From NCBI RefSeq assembly GCF_018977255.1, contig NW_024704742.1:11720001-11784000 (forward strand): a DNA stretch of 64,000 bases, written 5' to 3'. Of this stretch, positions 39,640 through 53,771 are shown in pieces (the first letter of the stretch is position 1; each line of letters opens with the position of its first letter). The stretch is from Callorhinchus milii (Eukaryota). The notes under the pieces are model-generated. The model was not told where the DNA came from. It was given only the letters and a program-made list of their open reading frames with translations, and made no database searches. The translations under genes and the position numbers were made by a program.

Positions 39640-41637
39640 CATAGAATCATAGAATTATACGGCACAGAAGGAGGCCATTCGGCCCATCGTGTCTGTGCCG
39701 GCTCCTTGAAAAGAGCTATCCCATTCAACCCCACTCCCCCACTCTCTCCCCATAGCCCTGAAAACTTGTCCTCCGCAAATAATTATCTACTTTTCTTTTA
39801 AAAGTTGTTATCGAATCAGGCAATGCATTCGAGATCCGAACAACTCGCTGTGTGAAAAAATTTCTCACCTCCCCTCTGTTTCTTTTAACAACTATTTTAA
39901 ATCCATGTCCGTGGGTTACCGACCCACCCACCAATGGAAATAATTTCTCCTTGTTCACCGTATCGAATTCCCTCATAATTTTGAAAACTTCTATTCAGTC
40001 TCCTTCTCCTTCAGAGCCTTCTCTGCTCCAAGAAGAATAATCCTAGCTTCTCTAGCCTCTCCTGATAACTGAAGTCCCTCATTTCTGATACCAACTTGGT
40101 AAATTTCCTTTGCACCCTTTCCAATGTCTTGACATCCTTCCTAAAGTGTGGGGCCCAGAACTGAACACAGTCTCTCGCTGAGGCCTAATCAATGTTTTAT
40201 AAAGGTTATAAAATAACTTCCTGACTTTTGTATTCTATGCCCCTATTTATATAACATAGTATTCCCGTATGCTTTTTAACAGCTTTATCTACCTGTCCCT
40301 CCACTTTCAAAGATTTACTTATATGAACCCCAGGTCTCTCTATTCTTTCAACCCATTTATGATTGTACCATCAGCTGATATCGTCTCTCCTCATTCTTCC
40401 TCTCAAAATGCATCACTTCACATTTATCCACATTCTCAACATTTATCTGCCACATGTCTGTCCATTTTATCATGTCTATGTCCATTTGCACTACTACTAT
40501 CCTCCTCACTGTTTACTGCTTTCCCTAGTTTAGTATCATTTGCAAACTTGGAAATACCCAAGTCCAGGTCATTTATAAGATCAAAAATAGCAGTGGTCCC
40601 AATACTGATCCCTGGGGGACACCACTGCACACTTCCCTCCAATTAGAAAAACAACCATTCACCACCACTCTCTACTTTCTGTCTCCCAGCCAGTTCTGTA
40701 TCCATGTTGCCACTATCCCTTTAATACCCTGGGCTTCTATTTTGCTTACAAGTCTCTTATGTGGCACTTTATCAAACACCTTTTGAAAATCAATATAAAC
40801 TACATCAACTGCACTACCTTCATCCACCCTCTCCGTTACTTCATCAAAAAACTATCAGGTTTGCTAGGCATGATTTGCCTTTAACAAATCCATGTTAGCT
40901 TTATTAACCCATATTTTTCTAAATGAAAATTTATTTAGTCCCGCATTATAGTCTCTAGAAGTTTCCCCACCACTGACATTAGGCTGACTGGCCTGTAGTT
41001 CCTGGGTTAATCATTCTACCCCTTTTTGTACAGGGGAGTAACATTTGCAACCTTCCAGTCCTCGGGTACCACCCCGGTGTCCAAAGAGGATTGAAAGATT
41101 GTGGTCAGAGTCTCCATTATTTCTACCATTACTTCCCTCAGTAGTTTAGGATGATTCCGTCTGGACCGGGTGACTTATCTACTTTGAGCTCTGATGAACT
41201 TTTTAGTATCTCCTCTCGGTTTATTCTTATCTTATCCAATTTCTCTACCCTCTCCTCTGATACTGTGACATTGTCTGCATCCTCTTATTTTGACAAATGC
41301 AAAGTACTCATTCAGTACGTCTGCCTCCACAAGAAGATTTTCTCTGTGGTCCCTAATTGGACCCACCGTACAGTTGACTAAGCTTTTATTCTTTACATGT
41401 TTATAAAATACCTTAGGGTACCCTGTTATGTTATGCACTAATCTTTTCTCATACAATCTCTTTGCCCCTCTTATTTCCTTTTTCAATTCTCTTCTGTACT
41501 TTCTATATTCTATTTGATTGTCTTCTGTATTTTGAACCTGACATTCATCATAAGCCTCCTTTTTCTGTGTTATTTTAATCCCAATTTCCTTATTCATCCA
41601 GGAAGGCTTGGATGCCCTACCTTTCCCATTTGTGAGA
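39640..41637 (-). mobile_element. Degenerate 5'-truncated CR1 LINE
   Basis: (CATAGAAT)n tail at 39640; ORF pieces ISKFANDTKLG, KPSWMNKEI...FYKHVKNK and FFTQRVV. Confidence 0.95.
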
Positions 41638-43227
41638 GTTGTTCTACTCCAGATTTCCAAATTGTTATCCGTAACTTAAATAAAGGTGGATGTAAGATAA
41701 AAAACATTCTAACCTCTGCTTAAATAAATAATACTTGGATTGGATGCATTGCTTTATTATGTTAAAATGTTGCAAGGTGCATCACACAGTGAGTTCCATA
41801 GGTTAATCTGAGTCCAATGATCAGCAGTCTTCTGAATGACCACTCAACCTTTTGGTATTTTGGTGACAGAAGAGTATTGCCAGGAGACCAGACAATCTTA
41901 CTGCTCTTTTTACGAATAGCTCCATTTGTCTGTCAGCACAGATAGACAGGCTCCATTTCCTCTTGATTAACAACAACAAAATATAGCATTCTATTATCTT
42001 TGAGGTTTTGGTCCTGGACTTGCAGGTTAGATGGACTTTCTCTGTTGTCCCTTTTCTTCATGCTACAGGATGATCCATGCATCCTCTCTCAGAGATTTCA
42101 TCTGTGTCAACATCTTGAAATTACTTGCTCTAAAAGGTATCACTGTCAATTAATACATAGTTTAAAAATGAACTATCCCAAGTGGTGGATTCAATGCTCT
42201 CCTTTTTGGTTTCTTATTGTTTCACCCACAAAATTTGCAGTTAATCAATCCACTTTACAGTGTATTCTGTGAAGCACTTTGAGACGTCTCAACGACATAA
42301 GTCGCTATATCAAATGCAAGTACGGATGATTATCTTTTGCTTATACTAAACTGCAGACTCACAAATTTGATTACAATAACGTTTGCTTTCTGCTAGGAAT
42401 TGCAGGTTGAATTATGTGTTGAACCTCATTGAACCTCAGTGAATTGGTTATTTCCCAATTTTACAATCAACCAAATGAACCACAATAAATTAATCTGATC
42501 CCATGCATTCCTACCTCCCTATACTGCTGGGTTAGTTAATGAGACGCTTAGAAATGGAGTTTATTCCCAGAGATAGATCTCTTTTAAATTATAACCACGT
42601 TTCTTGTACTTTTAACACTGTTGAAATGCAATAATTAGAGTTTGGGCTCATTTCAGTAAATTGGAGTATTATACCATGCTAAAATAATGATTCATACTTT
42701 AAACTGTATTATGTATTATAAGAGCATCAAAGTGATTCCGAAGCCTCATGTTTTGTAAGCTATAAGAGAATGTGCAAATAGGCACACTATTCGAGAAGGG
42801 AAGGGAATTTCTTCCCGTGTTCCAGCCAACATTTCCCCATAGTAAAATTGGTCATTTACTTCATAGCTTTCGGAGAACATTGCTCTGAGCAAATTAATTG
42901 CTGTATTTGCCTGAAAAATACACAATCATTACACTTTACATTGAGACATTTTCTTGACATGAATGGCACTATATATCAAATTTAAGAATTATCGGGAGCA
43001 TATCATAATCATGCAAAATGCGTCTGCCTCATCAGGCAACTAATCTTAAAGCTCAGTTTATAGAATGACACTTCAATGCAGTAGTGAGGTGCACTGGAAG
43101 TGCTGTCCATTAGTGTTGTCCATTTAAACCAAGGTCTCATCTATCAAATCATGTGGACATTAAGATCACATGCTGCTATTCAAAAGGAGCGAGACAATTC
43201 TCCCATTGTCCTGGCCAACAATCCTTG

Positions 43228-43405
43228 AACATATTCAAGACTGAGATAGATATGTTTCTTATTGCAAAAGGGATTAAGGGATATTGGGATAAGGCAGGGT
43301 TTTGGTATTAGATGAAGTTAGATTTGAAGATCAGCCATGATTGAATGGCGGGGCAGGCTCGAATGGCCGAATGGCCTACTCCTGCTCCTACATGTTCTGT
43401 TATGT
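43228..43405 (+). mobile_element. CR1 3' end
   Basis: gatcagccatgattgaatggcggggcaggctcga...cctactcctgctcct. Confidence 0.85.
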
Positions 43406-43659
43406 TAATCCCCAGACAAATTGGACATTCACTTCAAGACTGTGTATTTGTAGACAAATTGGCTACCAGTCACTTGACTTGTAAAATGTTTTGAGACATG
43501 ACTGATACTGTGCGCATGCTATAAAGTTCAAGGATTGTATTATTATTGTAAACTTTTGGTGGTGGAATTCCCTGCTGGTAGTGACTCTAATACTCTGGGT
43601 TGATCTGTGGTCACGTGAAACCTGGACTTTTTGGGGAATATCTGACAGTGGCAATATCC

Positions 43660-43967
43660 GGAGTCCTGTAGTTCAGTGGTTAGAGCACTCGCCTCGCAAG
43701 CGAGAGACCTGGGTTCGATTCCTAGCAGGGTGAAACCTTGGGCAAGTTTCCTTACTCCATATGCCTGATAATAATCACTCAAGAAAAAAATCAATAATAA
43801 TTTGGTCACTCAATCCATGACTGTTTGTGGGACACTGCTGTGCGCAATTGGCTGCCACATTTTGCCCACAAATATAGTTGATTCACTTCACAGTATATTC
43901 TGTGAAAGATTTTGAGACATCTACAAGACATGAAAAGCGCTATATCAAATGCAAAGATTATTATTAT
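43660..43967 (+). mobile_element. Full-length tRNA-Ala(CGC)-derived SINE
   Basis: A box tagttcagtgg; anticodon arm CTCGC-ctCGCaa-GCGAG; B box ggttcgattcc; Deu-like core; tail. Confidence 0.93.
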
Positions 43968-45371
43968 CATCCACAGGTTTGGGGACTTCTGGAGTGTCCA
44001 AGAGGACAAAACACCTCGTCCATGGGTTTCTCTGATGGGAGACAATGTGACCAATTTGGAGACAAGGTCTTTGTCTCGGAATTCGCAAAATTGCTTTGTT
44101 TTTAGCAAGAAATAATTCCTTCCAGCTTCACATTATATATACATATCAAAAATTAACATCTTGTTGTGTCAAAAAGATGTAATACCTGTATAGAGAATAA
44201 TAAGGGATATTGGGAAACCTACTTCAAGGAAGTAACAGAATAAAAGGGCTCGATGGCATATTAAATCCAGGCGTTGAGGTTGAGTGCTCTTACTTATCAA
44301 ACCAATGAACCCCATGCTTGGAAAGTGCAAGCCATGCTGTTGGTATAAATAATATATAACTTGCTTTTATTTGTGAAATTTTAATCAAAAATCAAAAATT
44401 CTTGATGCGAGTCTCTGAAGCAGGACACTGGTCAGGCTTTGTGATGCTTGGTCAAGGGGAACAGTCACATGACTGAGAGAAGGTACACTTGATATTTGTT
44501 TACTACATATTAGAAGAAATGTTATATACATACTGTAGCATTCTTCTCGTTTGTCTATCTGTGCCTGTGATGTTCATTACCACTTATAGAAACTTTAAAC
44601 CATATCAAAATAAAATACTGCTTCTTAACAATGTTGACTGACAGCTAATCTTTCAAATAAATTCTATTCTTTTGTCCTCTCCTTAAGAAAGCATTGGGCA
44701 ATGCCACAAGAGTCGATTTTTCTCACTCTGAGAGAGATACCCTTGCTTTTGATTGAAAAGGACGTCCAGTTCAATTCAAGGGCTTTTGTTTTCTCTGATC
44801 AAAATAACAGAATTGGCAGTCGTGTGATTCTGCACTGTGCTTGCTTGTTGAAGTCTAGGTAGGCAAATTAAATTGTGGATATATTTGCCGTGTTTTTCTT
44901 TGCTAGATCAAAAGTGGTTCAATTACTTTTACAATCTAATTTGTTAAATTAACAAGGTAACTGAACTGAGCCGGCAACATCAGAAACATAAATAGTATGC
45001 AGCCAAGAGTTTCTGTCTTTGAACTTGATCCAACTCTAAGTGTAATGTAATATTGATGTGTTGAGATAATGGGCTGCACAAATGGGTGTATTTTACAGAG
45101 GAACCCAGTGAAGGATAAAATAAAGCAATTGCACTTTGTTTAGTTTGTATTTTCTTTGATCTGCCTGTGCTGTTATTTTGGTATAAAAATATTTTGGCTT
45201 CTCATGTTGGCTGAGGGTTGAAGGCTTCTCTTTTATTCAATGGAATCTCTCCTTCAGTTCAGTTCTGATTTACCTGGTACGTCACAATTAAAGAAGGAGG
45301 TGTAGGTTACCTGCAGCTGACAGCTGGGTCATGTACAAGAATCTCCAAGTCTTGGCTCTTGCCAACCTACG

Positions 45372-45545
45372 CCTAATACTTTCCAGAATTAGTTGAGCAG
45401 GATCCGTCCATCCAAGGAGAGAGTGCTCATTTCATTCCAACAATCTATCTTTGGGATTTCCATGTGTAGGTGGGATTCATGGAATTCTCAGTTTGGGTTG
45501 GATACTCTTAAGCATGGGGATGGGTTTCCACATTGTGTCAGACAC
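45372..45545 (+). mobile_element. Old unclassified repeat, copy 2
   Basis: ccagaattag..gagcaggat...tgggattcatggaattctcagtttgg. Confidence 0.7.
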
Positions 45546-45619
45546 CTGACTGAACAAAAAAAACAAGAAGGAGCCTCATTTGACTTGTTGTATTTTTGTG
45601 TTAGATCTTAACTAGATCA

Positions 45620-45855
45620 AAGTGAAATCAGAAACTATTTCTTGAATCAATGGGGTTGTGAATTTGTGAAATGCACAAGGTTGTAGAGCCAAATCAATTG
45701 TGAGTTTTAAATGGGGCATAGATGGATTATTGGGGAAGTAAGAGTTTTTAAGCAATATGGAAGAAAAATGGTGAAATGAAATTAAAAGATCTGACATAAA
45801 TCTAATAAATTGACAGAGCAGACTGGATGGGCTGAATTGTCTCCTCGTGTTCCTA
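45620..45855 (+). mobile_element. Degenerate CR1 3' end
   Basis: ggggttgtgaatttgtg...gggctgaattgtctcctcgtgttccta. Confidence 0.65.
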
Positions 45856-46889
45856 CAAAATGTTCATCTAACATTTGCTGTGCCTGAGTTAAAAACAGTG
45901 AAGTTTACCTCTTGTTGGCCTCCTGACCACATCTAGAAAATAGAACTGGTGTTTCTCGATGAGCTCCAGAGAACTACAACTGGTAGTTTCAACACTTGGC
46001 TCCTGCAGCCAACAGATGGAAGCAAACCATCCTTTGCTTCCATCAATGGAAACCTAAGGCCTAGATTGTTAACACCTACATATACTCCTCTCTATCTGAA
46101 ATCATGATTTTGGTCACTCACAAAATAACCCATTGATTCATTTTCTACATTAGTTATTGTTGCGCTCAACAACATGAGGGTCTCTGTCATGTTTTGCCTT
46201 GCAGTATATTCTGTGTAGCGCTTTGAGATGTCTAAAAAACTTGATAGGGGCTATGTCAAATGCAAGGATTATTATTATTATTATTATTATTATGGGAATG
46301 GAACACTTTACTAATTTGTCTCCCAAGACATCTTCAAACAAGGTTAAATATGGGGTAAATACCTCTCTGCTCTGTCTCAACAATGTTTTTTGTATTTGTC
46401 GCAGTTTCTTCATTCTCACCCTTTATCCCTTTTTTTAAGATTGGGGTTCCTCCAGCTATTGTCTCAAATACCCCAACCTCAATAGAAAGGCTAGCCGGGG
46501 AAGATGGAAGTTTGTGAGAATAATTATAGTAGTTTGTCCTGAAGCAAGAAAGTAAGTTATCTCCTTTCACTGTCACTTTTCATTGGGCCAATCTAATGTC
46601 AATTGCCCACTCTCCTCTCCACCCCCCAAAAAAAAGCTGAGATTTGCTGAGGGAAACAGATGTCATCTTACTGCATGCTTAAATGATTTTGTCAGCTTTT
46701 GATTTCCACGTCCCCTTTTGAACCACTCTTCATTCTATCGATTACTGTATTCTTAAAAAAATATTTTAACAGATACAAAGAGACAGATAAAACAGCTTCA
46801 TGAATACTACTGACAGATTGACTGATGGGATTAGATCAAACTTATCTTTGTTTTTATAGAATCGGGCATTTTAGTCCTTCATACCATAC

Positions 46890-47110
46890 CTTCAGTACAA
46901 CACCCCAAAGCTGTGGAACTCTCTCCCTCATTCCCTACACATTGCTCCCTCTCTCCCCATTTTCAGGTTGCTCCTGAAGACCTTCCACTTCGACCATACC
47001 TATGGTCAATTTCCCCCTCCCCATGGCTAGGCATTGGGTTCTGCCATTGCTAAGTGCTCCAAGACACCATCTGGCATAAACGACGCTATATAAATGCAAG
47101 TTGTTGTTGC
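46890..47110 (+). mobile_element. Old L2 3' end
   Basis: ctgtggaactctctccc...ctgaagaccttcc...ctatataaatgcaag(ttg)n. Confidence 0.75.
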
Positions 47111-49169
47111 ACGTATCTATTCTCAGTGTTGCTAAGCAACCAAAGCATGGAGCAGGGGTGGGTGGGCAGCGGGATAAATAACGAGAGGTAGAGAGCTGCC
47201 ATAAGGGAGGAAAAGAGGGAAGGACTGATGGGGGTGGGGTGGGGGTGCGTTTGGGGGACCAGACAGAGAGAGAGACCTGTCACAATAAGAAAGATCTGAC
47301 AAAATTTTCCTTCCTGGAAAAGCACATGTTACATTGAAAAGAAGATGAGAAGGAAAACAGAATTTACATTGAGGTAGGGTGCCAATTTGGGAAAATCTCT
47401 TGAAAATTCAGTATGCCTGCGATTATGGATTGGGTGATTTGAGTAAGTGCCCGTTTAGTGCCTGAAGCCACTGACAATCATGTGCTGTCAACAGCATCTT
47501 GGATTACATTAAACATCTAAAAATGTTGAGTATGAATTTGATGGAATGCACTTATATAAATAGTGAAGAAAATGAGGCATCGGAATACATTCTCAAAGCA
47601 GAATACTATATTGATGAGTGACTGGCCATCCAGCCAAATGTTGTGCTGATAGTCGATTTTATATCCTTTACCTAGTCAGTCTAATAGATATCAACATCTG
47701 TGTCCAGTCTACATTCTCATGCCTACATTTATTTATTTCAGTTACAGTTATTATACTGCAAAGCCTACCTGTCAGTAAACTACTGAACCAATTTCTTCAC
47801 TCTCATTAGTGTCACTGAGATAGAGCAGTTGGCCACATTCTGTTGACTCCGTTGCAAGTTATGTCCTTAAATAGCTGAAACCCTGAAACCTTTGTGCTAG
47901 TATACTTTAATAAAGTATTACAGAATCCCAGAGTCACCGGCACTGCTGTGTGAACCATGGTTCTCTGTGACCTGAGTGTCAGTGCAACACAGAGTAAACA
48001 TTTACATTTATACCCCAATGGTCTTTGCAGTTGCTATGGTGCTCAGGTCCAAATGCTAAAGAAACGCTATCCTTTTTAATTTCTCACACTGACCCATTTA
48101 ACCTGTAACTGGAAACAATTTCACCATTGATCTTTTTAAAATCATTCCTGTTTAAAGGGGAGATTAGAATTAATTTCTTTGCACAGAGGGTGATTAGAAT
48201 GTGGATTTTTCTGTCACAAATTATGAATGAAGTGGAGTCCTCCTGATGCAGAAGGTGCTATATTAATTAAATGTGTTGTTTGTTGTTGTTGTTGCTGTTA
48301 AGTGTCAATTATTTTCGAGAGGAATTCATGTAGATAGATAGTTGAAAAAGAGTATCAAAGATTTGGGGGAACAAAAGGAGAATTGGATTGGATTACTCAT
48401 GGAATAAAATACCAGCGAAAACCTGAATGGACTGTTTCTGTACTGAATAACAACTTGCATTTATATAGAGCCCTTCATGCGGGGCATTGTCTCAGATCAC
48501 TCAGTATTCTCTGAGCAGGGGAATGGGTTTAGAGCAGATGATTCCAATAGAGAGGAACTAGGACAAATTATCTGAACTGTCTCCAGCTGTGCTACAAAGA
48601 TTCCATGATTTAATTAGCACAATATTTATGACAACTGTGCGATATCTAAACTGTCAGGGGTATAGGCAATCTCTTCCCCCCCACCTTCAATGTATGGGGG
48701 TTGGAACATAAACTGGAAATGTCCTAGCAGCTTTATTCAGTATTGATGCGTTTGACACAACTCTTTCATAATGGTGCTGTGTTTTTCACAAGCCCGAGGA
48801 ATAGTGCTGTGTTGTGATATAGGAGCATCTGTCTTGGCAGCATACACCATATTGGTTGGAAGACTTTGACATTTTTACGGCTTCTGGACCTACATGGGAT
48901 GCTAAATAAATCATTTCTAAGTCCTCCATCAATGAAGGAGCACAGCTTGAGCTGCTTCTCAAATATCAGCTCATCTGGTATGGTGGATAAACAATTTTGC
49001 CAGTGTGTAGACTCACGCATATGCTAACAGCAGAGTTTAAGTATCAGCTACTGATTTTTTTTGGAAACAAACCCACAGAGTGGTGCCAGCTTTACAAACC
49101 TCAAAAGAAGCTGTCACAAGTGGTTCCGTCACCTGTAAAGAACTTTCCTATCAGAAAGAGTGTGTCAGC

Positions 49170-49525
49170 CTGGCTCAGTCATAGCACTTACGGTCACAAG
49201 GTTGTGGATTCAAGCTCCACATCGGGACTTTGAATACATATAGTCTAGGACTAGGCTGATGCTCCCAATTCATTGCTAGGAATGTGCTGTGTTGTTAGAG
49301 GTTCCGTCTTTTGAATGAAACGTTGACCCAAGGTCCTGTCCGACTGTTCCTGTGGATGTTAAAGACCTCAATGCACTATTCAGACAGAGAGGGTATTTTT
49401 TATTGTTGGCCTGATCAACAAATCCCCCAAATAAAATTGATCATTCACTTCATGGCTTTTTGTGGGCCATTGCTGTGTGCAAAAATTGCTGCCTAGTTCA
49501 CCCTCAAAACAGTCACTACACTACA
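49170..49525 (+). mobile_element. Old Deu-domain SINE with tRNA-like head; young SINE tail follows at 49526-49663
   Basis: tggctcag...ggattcaagctcc head; gaggttccgtcttttgaatgaaacg...ggatgttaaagacc...tgctgtgtgcaaaattgctgcc. Confidence 0.7.
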
Positions 49526-51014
49526 CTACTGCGCAATTGGCTGCCGCGTTCGCCCACAAATATACAGTCAATTCACTTTACAGTATATTCTGTGAAGCGC
49601 TTTGGGACGTCCTCTCGACGTGAAAAGCGCTATATCAAATGCAAGGATTATTATTATTATTACAGTCAAATGCAAGGATTATTCTTTTTAAGGACTCAAT
49701 GCATTGCATTCTAATGAGGTTATATTGCATTCTAAATGGACTCCCTGTATTCCAGTGGGACACCTTGGTAGCATACTGTTTTATTAGTTGTATACTGAAT
49801 TTTTTTTCCCTCTGAAAACTTTGATCCAAATGCAGGATGCACATTGTACAGATGCATGCACATTCCTCGAGGCTAGATAACTGGGATCTCCTGCTGCTCA
49901 AGCTCCAGTCTCCAATCCCTCTTACACTTCATTCAGATTTTCTCTCTTAATTACCTCACCACAGTGTCAACATGTCTGCTAGCTGACATGCCTCCTGTGT
50001 CACTTCTTCTGCTTGTCTCCTACTCCTGCTCAGATTAGCAAATCTTACACTGATTAGACACTGAGCCATAACATGTATGTAGAGGGGAGAGAAGCATTGT
50101 ACCAGATGTGAGCAAATTGGCAGGTTTTAACCAGTGTGATCTCCATCTCGCTCACATGAGGTTTATTGCCTTGCACAAATTCTCCGCTGAACCGGATATT
50201 ATTGTCTCACCATTTGACTTTTGACGTTTGCTAAATGCATTATTTTTATTTCCCATCTGCTCTCAACATACTCTTCTTGCAAGACACTTTACTATACATG
50301 GCACAATAACTTCCATTATATATCTGAGTTCCAATAAACACTAATGACTGATGAAGGGGAAATGCAGTGAAGAGATTTGTTCTTTTTCTGCAGTGTTCAT
50401 TTTGGTGAGTCTGCAGCTAACTGGGCCTTGGGAATAAAGGCTTCAGTAATGCAGTGAAATAGCCCTTTTGCATGAAGTATGAGCTCAGATCACAAGACAA
50501 CGTGTTCAAGATTGGCCATAGGAGCATAGCTACATCACCTCTAAAGGCAACGACAAAGAGAGCAAGGAGACTGATTCCAAATGTTAGAAGAATGAGTCAC
50601 GAAATATGCTTGGGCTCTTCAGCCTTGTAAAGAGACATCTCAAATGGGAGGTTATAGAGATATATGCCAAACAAGATTGTGAAAGTAAACTCAGAGTATG
50701 TGTTTAAATACCACTGGCGTAAAGGGCGCTATATAAATGCAAGTTATTGTTGATGTTGTAAATGCATGTACATCCTTGAGAGAATACATTCACCTGCATG
50801 CCCTAGTACCTCAGAAATCTTTACATGCTAAGCTGAAGGACACAAACATTTTGCTCACCGGCTTTAGCAAGGTAGGATTCGGAAGTTCGATGGTGTAGTG
50901 TGACCCTCTTGAGGTAGTCCTTCAGCACTCAGTATGTTGTTGATCTATGGGGTGGGCGGGGGTTGGTGGGGGGGCTAAATGGGATCTCCTTTTGATTGAA
51001 CTGGCTCGAAGGTG

Positions 51015-51180
51015 ACATGTCTGGCAATTCTTCCCACTTGGCTCCTGTTAACCGTGCAAGCCAAAGCTCAAATTGATACAATGGACAAACAGAAGGAAGT
51101 TTACCAGTAATTGCAATGGTAACCTGAGGTTATTTTAGTGAACTCTAGAAATATCCCAATGGATAACCTGGAGTCCGGGA
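51015..51180 (+). mobile_element. Old unclassified repeat, copy 3
   Basis: ttcccacttggctcctgttaaccgtgcaagccaaagc matches ttcccactcaactcctgttaaccctgcaagccaaagc at ~62843. Confidence 0.7.
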
Positions 51181-51512
51181 GCTTTGTTTCTCACTAACCT
51201 GTGCTTAAATTCTCTGCGATTAGGTAAACAAGCTGGGAGTGCATACACCATTCCAGATAAATGGAAGCCATATATATGCCATATATACATATATATGTAC
51301 ACGCTTAGTCGGTTGGTTTGGATTCTCTTAAGAATGGTGATTTTTTTTATGTTTATCAGATCCCCCCAAAAATAACATAACATTGCAAAATGAATGCATC
51401 TTTTAATCAACACATCATGACATTGCATTTCCCATCCTTTTATCTCCTTCTCTCCTGAAGATATTGACTCAGTTAGCGTTCAGTTGCCTGGGTGCCAGTC
51501 GCCTGTCAAAAT

Positions 51513-51877
51513 GGAGTCCTGTAGCTCACATGCGAGAGACTTGGATTTGATTCCTGGCATGGTGAAATGTTGGGCAAGTTTCCTTACTGCACACGTCTCT
51601 GTTTACCTAGCAGTTAGTAGGAACCTGGTTGTTAGATGATTGTCAGATGGCTTTTCCAGTGGTAATAATTCCTTAAAAAAGATATTGATAACTTCAATCC
51701 ATGATTATTTGTGGGACACTGCTGTGCGAAATTGGCTGCTGGGTTTTGTCCCAAAATTATACAGTCAATTCACTATACAGTATATTCTGTGAAGCACTTT
51801 GAGATGTCTCAAAGACGTGATAAGGCTCTATATCAAATGCTGGGATTATTATTATTGTTATTATTATTATTATTATT
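51513..51877 (+). mobile_element. SINE, long form
   Basis: ggagtcctgtagctca...(TTA)n. Confidence 0.9.
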
Positions 51878-52489
51878 GCTGAAGGACCCCTCTAAGTAAG
51901 TGCCTCTGATCTATTTGACCAGAAAAGCACTTACAGCCAAATCCGATTCTGTGAAAAGATATGAAAGGAGATGGAAATTAATAGACTCGAATATGAGGAT
52001 TGCAAATTTGAATCAGTCATTTTGTATTCAATTATGCCTAATTTTAAGGAGATGAATAAACAGGCCTAGTCTTCTGGATTGTTGCTGAATGCAGCATTTA
52101 CACATACTTACGATAAGGTTAGAGACAGTTATCTGGAGCAAGGAACCTAGAATGATTTTTCTCCTTGCGTGTTTGTTCTCCTTTCTCCTTCCCCTCCCAC
52201 ACTGTCTGGGCTAAGAGATTCAACTCAATGTCGTAAGTTATTTTGTTCTGCTATTACAATAAATATATTGCGTAGTATATCAAGCAATATACTGTAATTA
52301 GAATACACATCAAAGATTTTTACAAAATCAACCTCAACTATTGTTTTGACTAATTGGGAAAGATCATAGAAACCACTGGAACCTTTTAAGAAATTGCAAC
52401 TTAAAAATTTCACTTAATCTTTTGTTTATTCTTCACCTCTTTAATTCTTAACATTTGGGCTGAACAGAGTGCATTATGAAGATAATAAA

Positions 52490-52730
52490 TAAAATAATAA
52501 TCATTGCATTTGATATAGCGCCTTATCACGTTTACAAGACGTCCCAAATCTTTTCATAGAATATACTGTAAATTGAATTTACTATATTTGTGGCAAAACG
52601 CAGCAGCTGATTGCACACAGCAGTGTCCCACGAACAGTCATGGATTGAGTGACAGAATTATTTTTATTTACTTTGAGGGAATTACTAGCCCTGGAAAAGT
52701 GATCTGCCGATCGACTAACAACTAGTTTCC
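52490..52730 (-). mobile_element. SINE 3' part
   Basis: Tail, Deu-like core and middle segment. Confidence 0.85.
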
Positions 52731-53771
52731 TAGATCTGTGGGATCGGTGATTTATATTCACTGGTGAATGTCAAGCTCTCCAACATACTAACCCGCGTGA
52801 AAGGCACTAAATAAATGTATGTTGTTGTTGTACAATGACAACAACGTGCATTTATCTAGAGCATTCACATAGGATAATGTCTCGGAGCACTTCACAAGAT
52901 ATTTCACCCACAAAATATACAGTCAATTCACTTTACAGTAAATTCTGTGAAGCACTTTGAGACATCTCAATGACATAATAAGGTACTATATCAAATACTA
53001 TTATTACTATTAAAGAATATTACAGCTTAGAAGGAGGCCATTCGGCCTATTGTGCCTGTGCTGGCTCTATTCTTCTTCTTATTATTATTTATTATTATTA
53101 TTCAACTGTTTTGCATGAAATGAATGATTTAGATTAGTCCCAAAACTAACCATGGAATGTAGAGCAGTACGTAATAACTGCTGACTCAATGACAGGAGAG
53201 TTTGCATCTTTAAAATGAACTTTACAGTACATACCTAATAATATGTTTGAATAAAAAGTTCAGCATTTTTAAATATCCTACGCCTTTCAGACTCATCTCC
53301 ATGGAAATCAGACCTATTTGCATGCGTCATAGTTATTAATTCACCTTCACAATCCACATATCTGGGCCTGTTAATTCCGTTTGTGTTCTCCCTTAATTTC
53401 CTTTTGTTGAACTTTGAATCCCTCAATAAAAAAAAGTAAGAACATATAACAGACTTAGCTATATTAGTTGCTTAAGCAGTGCAATAAAGTTTTCACATCT
53501 TTCACAGTACTTCATGACATAACAAAAGTCTGATTGTTTTTTTCTCTCTCTCTCAATCTAAGGAAATTATTTAAAGAAATGTACCAAATTCTAGTATGTT
53601 CATTAAAAGAGTGGGCAATGCATGAAGTCTGAATTTGTATTTACGTAGGCCCTTTCTATCTAAAATAAACTTCTCCAAGTGTCTTATTGACTGAGATTAA
53701 TTTGAAGTCAGTTGAATATTGCTCTGTTGGCCAACACGGCAGCTAATTTACAGCAGTAACATTCTATAGAT

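Noticed and set aside
43660..43732. tRNA-Ala(CGC) gene
   Set aside because: It runs directly into a SINE body and recurs in many decayed copies, so it is a SINE head.
47230..47257. G-quadruplex-forming G tracts (also 50949-50974)
   Set aside because: Common low-complexity sequence with no promoter or other functional context.
53235..53440. Exon-like segment on either strand
   Set aside because: The minus frame ends in TAG at the donor and has a weak acceptor; the plus frame gives an unrecognisable peptide. It may be non-coding and contains ATTTGCAT.
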